Source of the DNA: a virus
Length of the DNA: 64,000 nucleotides
Reading direction: 5' to 3' (one strand)
Virus record (IMG/VR): IMGVR_UViG_3300036790_000060
Span: 8,836 to 72,835 of that record
The notes beneath the pieces were generated by a model. It saw nothing but the letters and a program-made list of their open reading frames with translations, was not told the origin of the DNA and ran no database searches. Positions 9,431-18,664 of this stretch are shown here, piece by piece (position 1 is the first letter of the stretch; each line of letters opens with the position of its first letter). The position numbers and the translations under genes were made by a program.

Positions 9431-9723
9431 CCCCTTCCCATGATATCCCACGCGATCCCATGCGATCCCATGTTCGGCACTAGCCCTGGACATGGTGTTT
9501 TGGCGTCATTATATACGCCGCTGCCGGCCAGCTTGCAGCGACCATCCGGCGTCGGCCACGGCAGGAGTTCATTGGTGTAGATCGAACGAAGACATACGCG
9601 ACCTATCGACGGCTCCCCATCGGAGTAACTAACGTGAGGCTGATGGGGCAAGAGTCGGCAGGCGCCGGGCGCTTCCACCCGCTATCCGATGTTCAACCCA
9701 TTCAAGTGAGGCAGTGGCGATCT

Positions 9724-10284
9724 ATGGCTTTGAACGACGTGGTCGATTGGAAGTCGGAATTCTTCCCGTGTACACGCAACGATGAACAGATACGCTGCCC
9801 CGAATGGTTCGTATTGCACTACATCGTTACGCATGAGACGATCCTTCTTCGGTTGATGAACATAATCGGCGTTCGATATCGCCATTTCACGTTCATACAG
9901 CCCAGCGAACGCCGCCGTGGCCCTTCGACCACGAAGCGTTGGTTTCACGGGTATCTATTTGTCGAATGCGATATCGTTCTCGACCGCTGGCAACAGCTAC
10001 TGAACATGCCCGGCGTCGTTACCATCCTAGGCGATCCGTCCCCGATCACGATCGAAGACATCGACCGGATGGAAATGGTATGCTGCGGCGAAGTGAAGCG
10101 CGGCGATCCCGGCTTCAAAGTGAAACCAGGCGACAACGTGCGCATCTGCGATGGCCCGTTCACTTCGTTCCCTGGGGTGGTTAGCGAGATCAAATACGAT
10201 AAGAGGTTGGTCACTGTGGTTGCGATGATATTCGGACGGCCCTGTGATGTCGAGTTGCACGTTAGTGCTCTCGAACTGCTATAG
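9724..10284 (+). CDS. NusG/RfaH-family transcription antiterminator
   Basis: WFVLH, FHGYLFV, KOW motif KPGDNVRICDGPFTSFPGVV, IFGRPCDVEL; exact start uncertain. Confidence 0.85.
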   Translation: MALNDVVDWKSEFFPCTRNDEQIRCPEWFVLHYIVTHETILLRLMNIIGVRYRHFTFIQPSERRRGPSTTKRWFHGYLFVECDIVLDRWQQLLNMPGVVTILGDPSPITIEDIDRMEMVCCGEVKRGDPGFKVKPGDNVRICDGPFTSFPGVVSEIKYDKRLVTVVAMIFGRPCDVELHVSALELL

Positions 10285-10295
10285 GCTGACGTGTC

Positions 10296-10922
10296 ATGGC
10301 CACCAAACCAAAGAAAGCTACGGTCGCGACGCCGCCTACTGCGCCCCCGAAGGCGAAGAGGACGTTCAAAGCGACTCCGCCTTTGAATAAACCGTATCTT
10401 AAGAAACCACCGAAAAATCAACTGAACGTCACGCCCGACGCGCCGAACACGAGAACGCACGTTGATCAGCTTTTGAAAATGGTATGCGGTCGTCCGTCCG
10501 TGTACAATTCAGAAACGTCCGCCGCGATTGACAAGGTCGTTTACGAGTTTGAACTGCTTGGAATGACTGACGCTGAGATCGCGAGGTTCTTCCAAATACA
10601 CCCGGATACACTAGCCCAGTGGGATAAGAAATACCCCTCCTTCTACGTTGCACGTGCGCGTGGTCGCGAGTACGCAGACGGCGAAGTGGTCCGCGCGCTT
10701 CATCATCGGGCGATCGGCTACACCCATAAAGCCAAGAAGTTCTTCAGCACTCCCCAGGGTATCCTTGAAGTCGAATACGATGAACATTATCCGCCGGACG
10801 CCAATTCCGCAGCCCTATGGCTAACGAACCGCAGGAAGGATAAATGGAAGTCCAAGCCGGATGACTCCGACGCTTCCGGTGGTTCAACCGTTCGGATTAT
10901 AGGAGGCCTGCCTGATGACTAG
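10296..10922 (+). CDS. terminase small subunit
   Basis: GRPSVY...LGMTDAEIARFF..TLAQW HTH; HYPPD..AALWLTNRRKDKW; upstream of TerL. Confidence 0.85.
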   Translation: MATKPKKATVATPPTAPPKAKRTFKATPPLNKPYLKKPPKNQLNVTPDAPNTRTHVDQLLKMVCGRPSVYNSETSAAIDKVVYEFELLGMTDAEIARFFQIHPDTLAQWDKKYPSFYVARARGREYADGEVVRALHHRAIGYTHKAKKFFSTPQGILEVEYDEHYPPDANSAALWLTNRRKDKWKSKPDDSDASGGSTVRIIGGLPDD

Positions 10923-11517
10923 AGATGTAGTCGCTGCTAAGGACTTCGGCCGCACCGCCGCGACGTGGCGCGAAGCCGATCACGCGATCGAAAGCATGCG
11001 TATCGGCGGCGCGGCCCCGCCGTCCTTATATACGCACCGCCTGATCGAAGCCCAGCACCGCATGGTCGAAGCCCACTACGCGGCGCCGCCACGCCAGCCA
11101 GGGAAAAGCTACCTTCAGCGCCTGATGGATACCTACGGCGACGGCGCCGCGAAGGACCACGATACGGTCCACGAATGGACGGGGGAAGTATCGATGCCCT
11201 TTAACGACGCCGTGAACACGGTCGAGAACCTCTACGAGGTCGTCGCGGCCACGCTAGGCTTCCCCGTCCGTCTACTTATGGGCATCGATACGGCGATGGT
11301 CGAACAGCCGAAGCACGATCCCGCGTTCGACAAGAAGGTGACCGACGTCCTCGATCATATCGTCGGCGGTAAGAGCACGGCCGGTGAACGTAAGGCGCTC
11401 AAGGGCGCGATCGACAAGACCGAAGCGCCGCTGACCGGCAGGGCGAAGTCCGACCACGCGATGGGGCGGGCGCTCCGCTTCGGCGGGAACGGCGAGATCA
11501 ACGGCTGCTTCAAATAG
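10915..11517 (+). CDS. hypothetical protein
   Basis: 200-aa ORF between terS and terL. Confidence 0.6.
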   Translation: MTRDVVAAKDFGRTAATWREADHAIESMRIGGAAPPSLYTHRLIEAQHRMVEAHYAAPPRQPGKSYLQRLMDTYGDGAAKDHDTVHEWTGEVSMPFNDAVNTVENLYEVVAATLGFPVRLLMGIDTAMVEQPKHDPAFDKKVTDVLDHIVGGKSTAGERKALKGAIDKTEAPLTGRAKSDHAMGRALRFGGNGEINGCFK

Positions 11518-11544
11518 CGTTTCTGGCTGGACGAGGATCGTGGC

Positions 11545-12933
11545 GTGGGTAGAGAGATCGTCGTCCAGCTTCCTACGTTCCACGCTGGCCAGCTGCGCGC
11601 TTACCAGGTCTTCAAAGACAACAAGCGTGTCGCTGGCCGGTGCGGACGACGCTGGGGGAAGACCGACTTAGGCAAAATCCTGGCCTCTGACTACGCGGTC
11701 AAGGGCCGCTACGTCGGGTGGTTCGCCCCGTCGTACAAGGTGCTGGTCGAAGCCTATTCGGAGATCGCCGCGTCCCTGCTTCCGGTCAAGCTGACGTCAT
11801 CGAAGACCGAAGGCATCATCCGGACGATCCCGACCGAAGGGCGAAGCCACGGCGGACGCATCGACTTCTGGACGCTTGAAAACGAGAACGCGGGTCGATC
11901 GCGCAAGTATCACCTGGTCATCATCGATGAAGGCGCGTTTACCAAAGCCAACATGATGAAGATATGGGAGCAGTCGATTGAACCGACGCTTCTGGACTAC
12001 GCGGAACTGCCCTACGGCGGCCGGTGCTTAGTGCTATCGAACACGAACGGCATTGATAAGGACAACTTCCTCTACCAGATATGCGAACCCCTTCATAAAC
12101 GTGAAATGGGAACGCCTGGGAAGAAGTATGGTTTCGCGGAGTTCCACGCTCCGACCGAAGAGAACCCCTACATGTCCAAGGGGGCGATCGAACTCCTGCG
12201 CCAGCGGAAACACCCGTTGGTGTTCAAGCAGGAATATCTGGCCGAGTTCGTTGACTGGTCCGGCGTCGCGTTCTTTCAGCTGCAGAAGATGCTGGTCGAT
12301 ACCGTCGAAGTCGATGGCGTCCTGACTGGCGGCACCCCGGTGAATTATCCCACCGCCTGCAAGTTCGTCGTCGCGGTCATCGACACGGCGGTGAAGACCG
12401 GATCGGAAAACGACGGAACCGGCGTGTCATACTACGCCGTGATGCACGACCACTTCGACCAGTATCGAATGGTCATCCTGGACTGGGATATCGCCCAGAT
12501 CACCGGCGCCCTGCTTGCCGAATGGATGCCGTCCGTCTACCGGCGCCTGAATGAACTGTCGAAGGCGTGCAGCGCGCAGTTCGGGTCGATCGGTGCCTAT
12601 ATCGAAGACCGTGGATCAGGCTCTGTCCTGCTTCAGCAGTGCGTTCTGCGCGGGTGGGACGCGACACCCCTGCCCGAAGAACTCACTGCCAAGGGCAAAG
12701 ACGAACGTGCGATGAACGCGGTCGATCCCGTCTTTCGTGGCGAGGTCAAGATCAGCTACCACGCGCACGATAAGACATCGACGTACAAGGAAGAGACCAG
12801 GAACCATTTCGTGGACCAAATCGTAAGTTTCAGGATCGGCGATCCGGACGCGGCGAAACGGGCAGATGATCTGCTCGACACGTTCACGTATTCGATCGCG
12901 ATCAACTTAGGTGGACCGGAGGGCACGGCGTGA
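11545..12933 (+). CDS. terminase large subunit
   Basis: CGRRWGKT Walker A, VIIDEGA Walker B, QEYLAEF, nuclease IDTA..DGT and DDLLD. Confidence 0.93.
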   Translation: MGREIVVQLPTFHAGQLRAYQVFKDNKRVAGRCGRRWGKTDLGKILASDYAVKGRYVGWFAPSYKVLVEAYSEIAASLLPVKLTSSKTEGIIRTIPTEGRSHGGRIDFWTLENENAGRSRKYHLVIIDEGAFTKANMMKIWEQSIEPTLLDYAELPYGGRCLVLSNTNGIDKDNFLYQICEPLHKREMGTPGKKYGFAEFHAPTEENPYMSKGAIELLRQRKHPLVFKQEYLAEFVDWSGVAFFQLQKMLVDTVEVDGVLTGGTPVNYPTACKFVVAVIDTAVKTGSENDGTGVSYYAVMHDHFDQYRMVILDWDIAQITGALLAEWMPSVYRRLNELSKACSAQFGSIGAYIEDRGSGSVLLQQCVLRGWDATPLPEELTAKGKDERAMNAVDPVFRGEVKISYHAHDKTSTYKEETRNHFVDQIVSFRIGDPDAAKRADDLLDTFTYSIAINLGGPEGTA

Positions 12934-13124
12934 TCATCAACAAGCTCAGGACGAATAAGGCGATCTGCGACGCGCTCGGTATCGATCCATCGAAGGTCAG
13001 TAAAGTCACTATCACGCTAGGCAGCGACGCGCCGATGATCGAAGTCCTATGTTACCTGGACGTCGAAAAAACCGGCAGGCTGGTCGAAGTTCTCTCTAAC
13101 TGCGAGTTTAGCTGGAAGTCATGA
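12930..13124 (+). CDS. hypothetical protein
   Basis: Coupled by overlaps to terL and portal. Confidence 0.6.
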   Translation: MIINKLRTNKAICDALGIDPSKVSKVTITLGSDAPMIEVLCYLDVEKTGRLVEVLSNCEFSWKS

Positions 13125-14647
13125 GCGGTTTCCAAGGAACGAACACGGCCGAAGGCGGCGAAGGCAATACCTTCGTCGGCCTGTCGTCGGGCGCCGGATC
13201 ACAGCTGACCAGGCTGATGCTGTCTGACGACATCGTTCCGGGCGATACGCCGTCCTACCAAACGTGCAAGATCACCTACACCTACCACCCGCTAGGCGGG
13301 AAGATGGTCGACACGCCGATCAAGGTGATGCAGTCCCAGGAACGCGAGATCACGGTTTCGGGCGGTCCTGAGACGAAGCTAATCCCGGAGTTCAAGCGTG
13401 TATGGAAGTCGCTTGCCAGTGTAGGCGCCGACTCGATCATCCAGAACGTTATCCGCACCGCGCGTATCTACGGCATCGGTTCCCTGGCCTGCGGCACGCG
13501 CGGCATCGGCCAGAACGCGCCGCTCGTCTTCGAAAACATTACCGAAGAGAACGTGTACTTCAACACGCTTGACCCGTTGAACACGGCCGGATCGCTAGTC
13601 CTTGACCAGGACCCTTCGAGCCCCGACTTCCAGAACCCGACGTCGATCACGTCAGGCGGGAAGAACTGGCATGCGTCGCGCACCGTCGTGGTCATGAACG
13701 AAAAGCCGATCTACATCGAATTCACCAGTTCGGCGTTCGGCTTCGTCGGCCGGTCGGTTTACCAGCGCGCCCTGTTCCCGATGAAGACGTTCCTGCAATC
13801 CATGATCACCGACGACATGGTGACCAAGAAGTGCGGGCTGCTGGTCATCAACGCTACCGCGCCGGGTCCGGTCACGAACAACCGCATCCTGAACTTCTTC
13901 GGTCTGAAGCGCTCATATCTCAAGGGCGGCGTGACCGGGAACGTCATCACGATCGGCGAAAAGGAACAAATCAGTTCCCTCAATTTCCAGAACCTGGAAG
14001 GTCCGGCGAAGTTCGCCCGCGACAACGCGCTGAAGAACATCGCCATGGCCGCCGGGATGCCAGCCAAGCTCCTCGAACAGGAGGAAATGGTCGGCGGCAT
14101 GGCCGAAGGAACCGAGGACGCGAAGGCGATCGCGCAGTACATCAACGCGATGCGCGAAGAGTCGCAGCCGATCTATCGGTTTATGGATAAGGTCGTGATG
14201 CGCCTGGCCTGGTCCCCGACGTTCTACAAGACGATCCAGAAGGAATTCCCCGAGCTGTACGGCGGCGTCGATTACAAGACCGCGTTCATCGAATGGGCGA
14301 ATGCGTTCGAAGCCACGTGGCCGAACCTGCTGGAAGAGCCCGATAGCGAAAAGATCAAGGTCGAGGAAACGCGGTTCAAGTCAGTCGTCGCCCTCCTGGA
14401 AACGCTGGTCCCGTCGCTCGATCCGGAGAACAAAGCCGCCGTGATCGCCTGGGCCGTGGACGAGATCAATACGCGCCGCCAGCTGTTCTCCGCGAACCTG
14501 GACATCGACGCGAAGAAGCTGGCGAAGTTCGGGATCGAACAGCAGAAGCAGCAGCAACAGATGGCCCAGCAGGGCGCCGCTGGCGGGGCGGGCGAAGGCG
14601 GGGCGAAGGAACCTGCGCCGCCGAAGCCGTTTAGTTCGACGTCATGA
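13121..14647 (+). CDS. portal protein (DUF1073-like)
   Basis: 508 aa following TerL; ARIYG, GFVGRSVYQR, IAMAAGMPA..L, EGTED. Confidence 0.85.
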   Translation: MSGFQGTNTAEGGEGNTFVGLSSGAGSQLTRLMLSDDIVPGDTPSYQTCKITYTYHPLGGKMVDTPIKVMQSQEREITVSGGPETKLIPEFKRVWKSLASVGADSIIQNVIRTARIYGIGSLACGTRGIGQNAPLVFENITEENVYFNTLDPLNTAGSLVLDQDPSSPDFQNPTSITSGGKNWHASRTVVVMNEKPIYIEFTSSAFGFVGRSVYQRALFPMKTFLQSMITDDMVTKKCGLLVINATAPGPVTNNRILNFFGLKRSYLKGGVTGNVITIGEKEQISSLNFQNLEGPAKFARDNALKNIAMAAGMPAKLLEQEEMVGGMAEGTEDAKAIAQYINAMREESQPIYRFMDKVVMRLAWSPTFYKTIQKEFPELYGGVDYKTAFIEWANAFEATWPNLLEEPDSEKIKVEETRFKSVVALLETLVPSLDPENKAAVIAWAVDEINTRRQLFSANLDIDAKKLAKFGIEQQKQQQQMAQQGAAGGAGEGGAKEPAPPKPFSSTS

Positions 14648-16275
14648 CGACGCTACGCGATATCGCCCGGACGCTTGGCGTCATCAAGCCATCTCGCGAA
14701 GAGAAGCTGGCGGCAATCCTTGATGACCTGTCGTCGGTCGAAGTGCGGATGGACCTCGAATGGAACGAGTCCGATCATCCGCGCGCCGCTGACGGCAAGT
14801 TCGGATCGGGTGGTGGCGGGTCCGTCGCGCACGGCGCGAAGTCGTATATCAAGAGCCTGGCCGGCAAGAAGGGCAGCGGCGCAGGGATGATCAAACACAT
14901 GCTGCAGGCCGGCACCTATAGCAAGGCGGATATTATCGCGGCGACGAAGGAAGTAGGCTTCAACCTCGGCGGGAACCCGTCATACGCCATTGAAGCGTAT
15001 CACAAGCAGATGATGAACCCGCCCCCGATCCCGGCGAAGTCTGGGCCGAAGGAAGTGAACACGCCAACGGGCACCGATCCTGATGGTTCGTTCGCCGCGC
15101 ACGGCAAGAAGATACTGGCCGAGATCGAAGCGGCGAAGGCAGCGAAGGCGGCGGTTAGTGGGAAGTCGGCGCAGCAGCAAAAAGCCGTCGCGTCGCTGAC
15201 TTCGATCGCCGAACTGCCGGATGAGAAAAAGACGGAAAAGTTCAAGGACGCCGCATACAAGTATCTCCCGTCGAACATCTTTTCAGCGATGAAACCGACG
15301 CTCGACCACTTCGAAAACCTGACGGCGGAAAACAAGCCGAAGGTCGAAAGCAAGCTGATGGAGGTGCTTACCGCGTTCGCCGAGAATGAGGGTAGCGATA
15401 CGGATACGAATGACATCTACACGGCGCTGATGAAGATTGATCCGATCGCCGGTTCCGGGATGTCGGTCAACGCGGTGAACACAATGCTCGTCGGCGTGAA
15501 AGCCGACTACGCCTCGAAGGCGAACGTGACCGGTTACGCGCCGACGTCCGAAGCCGAGAAGAAGGTCTACAGCAAGCTATCGAAGGTCGCGCATTACGCC
15601 ACCGATAGCGGTGCCGTCGCGGAAGACCACGAAGGCAAGGACATCAAAGCGCGGCTGAAGACCAGCACGAAGGCGATCCCCGGTGACTATTACGCCAAGG
15701 TGTCGTCGGCCTACAACGGGAAGAAGAACGTTGGCGATACCCCGCACGTCGGGTCGGCGATGCAGGACTACGGTAACGAGGTCTGGAACACGTTTGACGA
15801 AGAGCAGCGGGGCTCGCTTGATTTGTACAAAGGGTCAGGGTACATGTCGATCAATCAGGCGCTATTAAGTGAGAACTTCGATGAGTATGCCAGCAGCGGT
15901 GTAAAGTCGCGTATCAAGAACATCGACGCGGCGATGGCAAAGTCAGTCGTTCCGGCCGATACCCCTGTGTTTCGTGGGATGACTGCCACCCTGAAGGACC
16001 TGACCGGCTTCGATGATCCCGACGAAGCCGTGGGCCGCGCGTTCGAACACAAGAACTACGCCTCGGTGTCGCGGAATATCGAAGTGTCGAAGAACTTCGG
16101 CTCGACGACGATGCTGCGGTTCACAATCCCCGCTGGGGCAAACGGCATCGTGCTGGGAAGTCAGTCGGCGGGCGAAAAGGAGATCGTCCTACCACGGCGC
16201 GGTGTGTTCCGGGTGGACAAGGTGACTGGCAATATGGTAGACGTCACCTATTTGGGAGTCCGTGAGGATGACTGA
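14644..16275 (+). CDS. head-associated mono-ADP-ribosyltransferase (VIP2/Alt-like, R-S-E class)
   Basis: Y..SGY..IN..L, VFRGM, YASVS, GEKEIVLPR; N-terminal WNESDHPRAADGKFGSGGG motif. Confidence 0.85.
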   Translation: MTTLRDIARTLGVIKPSREEKLAAILDDLSSVEVRMDLEWNESDHPRAADGKFGSGGGGSVAHGAKSYIKSLAGKKGSGAGMIKHMLQAGTYSKADIIAATKEVGFNLGGNPSYAIEAYHKQMMNPPPIPAKSGPKEVNTPTGTDPDGSFAAHGKKILAEIEAAKAAKAAVSGKSAQQQKAVASLTSIAELPDEKKTEKFKDAAYKYLPSNIFSAMKPTLDHFENLTAENKPKVESKLMEVLTAFAENEGSDTDTNDIYTALMKIDPIAGSGMSVNAVNTMLVGVKADYASKANVTGYAPTSEAEKKVYSKLSKVAHYATDSGAVAEDHEGKDIKARLKTSTKAIPGDYYAKVSSAYNGKKNVGDTPHVGSAMQDYGNEVWNTFDEEQRGSLDLYKGSGYMSINQALLSENFDEYASSGVKSRIKNIDAAMAKSVVPADTPVFRGMTATLKDLTGFDDPDEAVGRAFEHKNYASVSRNIEVSKNFGSTTMLRFTIPAGANGIVLGSQSAGEKEIVLPRRGVFRVDKVTGNMVDVTYLGVREDD

Positions 16276-16423
16276 CGACGCGGCTGACCGCCGTTTTATC
16301 ATCGAGAAGGGCTCGGTCGTCCCGATCGGGAAGATCAAGCAGACGATTGACCACACGTCCGAAGCCGACAAGAAGGCGAAGGCCGAGGCCGAACGCGCCC
16401 AGCAGATCGATGTCGACGAGTAG
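16268..16423 (+). CDS. small hypothetical protein (51 aa, not in ORF track)
   Basis: MTDDAADRRFIIEKGSVVPIGKIKQ...DVDE; overlaps the ART stop and the MuF start. Confidence 0.5.
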   Translation: MTDDAADRRFIIEKGSVVPIGKIKQTIDHTSEADKKAKAEAERAQQIDVDE

Positions 16424-17261
16424 CCCCCAGACCTTTCAGGAACTGCTGACGGCCGCGATCAACGAATTCTCCGAACGCGGATATGATAATCCGGAGCGCG
16501 TCCAGCACTGGTTGATGATCCTCCGGAACGCGGCGGAACGCGACCTAGGACCGGAGTGGCAGACCAACGCTGACGTCCGCGAACAGATGACGCGGCTGTT
16601 CGAAAAAGCGACTTCGGTCAACGACGTCAAACGCTACGTCCCGGATATCCAGCCGTGGACGATATCGATCGTGAAGCCGAAGGTCAGGCCAGAACTGGAC
16701 CGGCGCGTCATCGCCTCGGTTAACCTAATCAAGCTGAACCGCAAGACGGCCGTGGAGAATACGCTTAGGCGCGCTGAAGGGTGGATGACGTCCGTCCCGC
16801 CCGGTGGCGTCGAAGATATCGATCGGCGTGAGGTCAAGACGGGGATCACTAAGTCCCTCGCGCAGCATAAATACGAAGTCCGCCGGGTCACGATCGACCA
16901 GTCACATAAGCTCCTGTCGAACGTCCGCGACGTTATCGCGATGGACGCGGGGGCGATCGCCGTCATCTGGCATAGCCACTGGCGCGACGCATCGTATAAC
17001 TACAGGAAGGACCACAAGGGTCGGGACGAACGTGTCTACCTGATCCGCGACTCCTGGGCCCACAAGCAGGGGCTCGTCAAGCCGGGTCCAGCTGGCTACT
17101 TCGACCAGATCACGAAGCCCGGCGAAGAGGTCTACTGCCGCTGCTGGGTGGTTTACATCACGTCGCCGCGAAAGCTACCCGACGAAATGCTGACTTCGAA
17201 TGGCCAGGCTTGGATCGAACGCGGCCGGATCGCCGCACAGAACAGGATAGCCGGATCATGA
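16410..17261 (+). CDS. minor head/head morphogenesis protein (MuF, SPP1 gp7-like)
   Basis: IDQSHKL, WHSHW..YNYRKDH, PGEEVYCRC. Confidence 0.85.
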   Translation: MSTSSPQTFQELLTAAINEFSERGYDNPERVQHWLMILRNAAERDLGPEWQTNADVREQMTRLFEKATSVNDVKRYVPDIQPWTISIVKPKVRPELDRRVIASVNLIKLNRKTAVENTLRRAEGWMTSVPPGGVEDIDRREVKTGITKSLAQHKYEVRRVTIDQSHKLLSNVRDVIAMDAGAIAVIWHSHWRDASYNYRKDHKGRDERVYLIRDSWAHKQGLVKPGPAGYFDQITKPGEEVYCRCWVVYITSPRKLPDEMLTSNGQAWIERGRIAAQNRIAGS

Positions 17262-17488
17262 ACGTCATCGACGAGATGAAGAAGATCGGCCAGCTTGTCG
17301 CCGACGCGGGCGGCCGGGTCCACCTGGAGATCGACACCAGGTTCTTCAACGAAGAGACGAAGGTCACCGTCACGACGTGGCTACCCGGCGGTCACGATAT
17401 CAAGTCGTCGGCGCATTCGATTGAGGATGCGCTTCACCACCTGCGAACGAACATCCGGGCGGCCGAAAGCTGGAGGAAGACACGATGA
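17258..17488 (+). CDS. hypothetical protein
   Basis: ATGA coupled to MuF. Confidence 0.6.
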   Translation: MNVIDEMKKIGQLVADAGGRVHLEIDTRFFNEETKVTVTTWLPGGHDIKSSAHSIEDALHHLRTNIRAAESWRKTR

Positions 17489-17661
17489 GCTACGTCGATG
17501 AAGTGATGGCGCGGTTCACCGCTTACCGCAAGCGTGAAACCGAAAAGTTGGAAGAGCAGGACGAGGCGCTGCGCCAAGTGATCGAAAGGAACGCGCGGTA
17601 TGCCGATGAGGTCCAGTCACAAATGGCGGAGGTCTTCGCCAAACTTCAATGGAAGAAGTGA
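17485..17661 (+). CDS. small coiled-coil protein (58 aa, not in ORF track)
   Basis: [18 protein letters not shown]...LQWKK; GGAGG RBS. Confidence 0.55.
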   Translation: MSYVDEVMARFTAYRKRETEKLEEQDEALRQVIERNARYADEVQSQMAEVFAKLQWKK

Positions 17662-17662
17662 C

Positions 17663-17869
17663 ATGCCGCTAGCATCCGGGTCGTCCAAGGAGGCGATCGG
17701 TCAGAACATCGCGACCGAACGCCACGCCGGCAAGCCGGAGAAGCAGGCGATCGCGATCGCGTATTCCGAAGCTGGGAAGTCGCGGAAGGACACGATGGGC
17801 CAGGTCCTGAAGGACTGCATGGCGCTCAGCGATCGGTTCGACAAGTTCATGAAGAGCAATAGCCGATGA
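17663..17869 (+). CDS. small head-module protein (MPL..GSSK..I..NI..E..AGKP..QA.AIA type)
   Basis: Motif recognised from phage head modules. Confidence 0.7.
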   Translation: MPLASGSSKEAIGQNIATERHAGKPEKQAIAIAYSEAGKSRKDTMGQVLKDCMALSDRFDKFMKSNSR

Positions 17870-18114
17870 CGCCGTTCACGTTCCGGCTGCGCGTCCCGAT
17901 GGACGTCAAGCCGCCGAGCTTCATGCCGCACGCGGTCATGGTCTGCCGTATCCGGGTCGGCATTCGCACGCACTTCATGGAAGTCACGTTCGAAAAGCTC
18001 GGCGAAGACGAACTGATCGCGACGTCGGTTATGGAACTGCCCGACTTCGACGCGATGAAAGACTTCGAGTTCGGCTGGATGGCTGAGGGCGTGTTCCTCC
18101 TGCTGGCCGTATAG
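17866..18114 (+). CDS. hypothetical protein
   Basis: ATGA coupled; its stop directly abuts the tRNA-like gene. Confidence 0.55.
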   Translation: MTPFTFRLRVPMDVKPPSFMPHAVMVCRIRVGIRTHFMEVTFEKLGEDELIATSVMELPDFDAMKDFEFGWMAEGVFLLLAV

Positions 18115-18186
18115 GCGCCGCTTTCTGGCGAGGGTCCGGGCTTTCAATCCCAGGACAGCCCGGTTCGATCCCGGCGCGGCGCACCA
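18115..18186 (+). tRNA. atypical tRNA: short D-arm, 8-nt anticodon loop CTTTCAAT (Glu-TTC-like or four-base TTCA)
   Basis: Perfect acceptor stem GCGCCGC/GCGGCGC plus A-CCA; T-arm CCGG-TTCGATC-CCGG; anticodon stem TCCGGG/CCC(A)GGA. Confidence 0.75.
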
Positions 18187-18201
18187 ATTCGTGAGGACGA
18201 T

Positions 18202-18301
18202 ATGACCAAACCCGATACGTGAATACGCGGCTAGAGGCCCACCCCGTCTCCCCAGGCTGACCCGTTCAACCTCAGGAGATGATCATGCACGTATTCCTTA
18301 A
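18202..18301 (+). other. putative recoded leader peptide MTKPDT-[UGAA]-YAARGPP...
   Basis: GAGGA RBS, ATG at 18202, TGA at 18220; the +1 frame is open to TAA 18299-18301 and encodes ARGPP. Confidence 0.45.
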
Positions 18302-18641
18302 AGTCAAGATTTGTTCCCTCGCCGCCGAGGCTTCCATCATCCGTCGCGAAGAGCGCCGGTGGAAACCGCGCTGGCGGTCCCACCAGGACCAGATGTTTTT
18401 CCGGCTGAAAGGACATCGCACCTGCGACGTCCGATCGGAGCAGCGGTCGGCCCTGCTGGCTTACGGCTTCCTTCGCGGGACGCCGTATCTGGTGATCGAG
18501 TCGAAGTGCTATGAAGAGCCGAACTGGGGGCGGGTCGCGAAGATCGTCCGGAAGTTCGGACCGCTGATATCTGAGACCGACGCCATGAAGGCGGTGTCGG
18601 AATGGTCCAAAGTGCCGCTGCCGGTCGCGCTGGCGGCTTAA
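18279..18641 (+). CDS. basic hypothetical phage protein
   Basis: LKVKICSLAAEASIIRREE...HRT..VR.E.R.ALLAYGFLRG.PY; AGGAG RBS. Confidence 0.8.
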   Translation: MIMHVFLKVKICSLAAEASIIRREERRWKPRWRSHQDQMFFRLKGHRTCDVRSEQRSALLAYGFLRGTPYLVIESKCYEEPNWGRVAKIVRKFGPLISETDAMKAVSEWSKVPLPVALAA

Positions 18642-18664
18642 CCCTGATCGCCGGAGAGGCGTTG

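Noticed and set aside
9337-9678. 113-aa minus-strand ORF in the origin region
   Set aside because: No RBS or motif; overlaps the repeat and promoter region.
13121-14647. Possible anti-CBASS Acb1 label often attached to DUF1073 proteins
   Set aside because: Size and position indicate portal; no HxT/HxS phosphoesterase domain is visible.
18115-18186. Selenocysteine tRNA or attachment-site remnant
   Set aside because: No long variable arm or extended acceptor stem, no sel genes, and no integrase or host boundary nearby.
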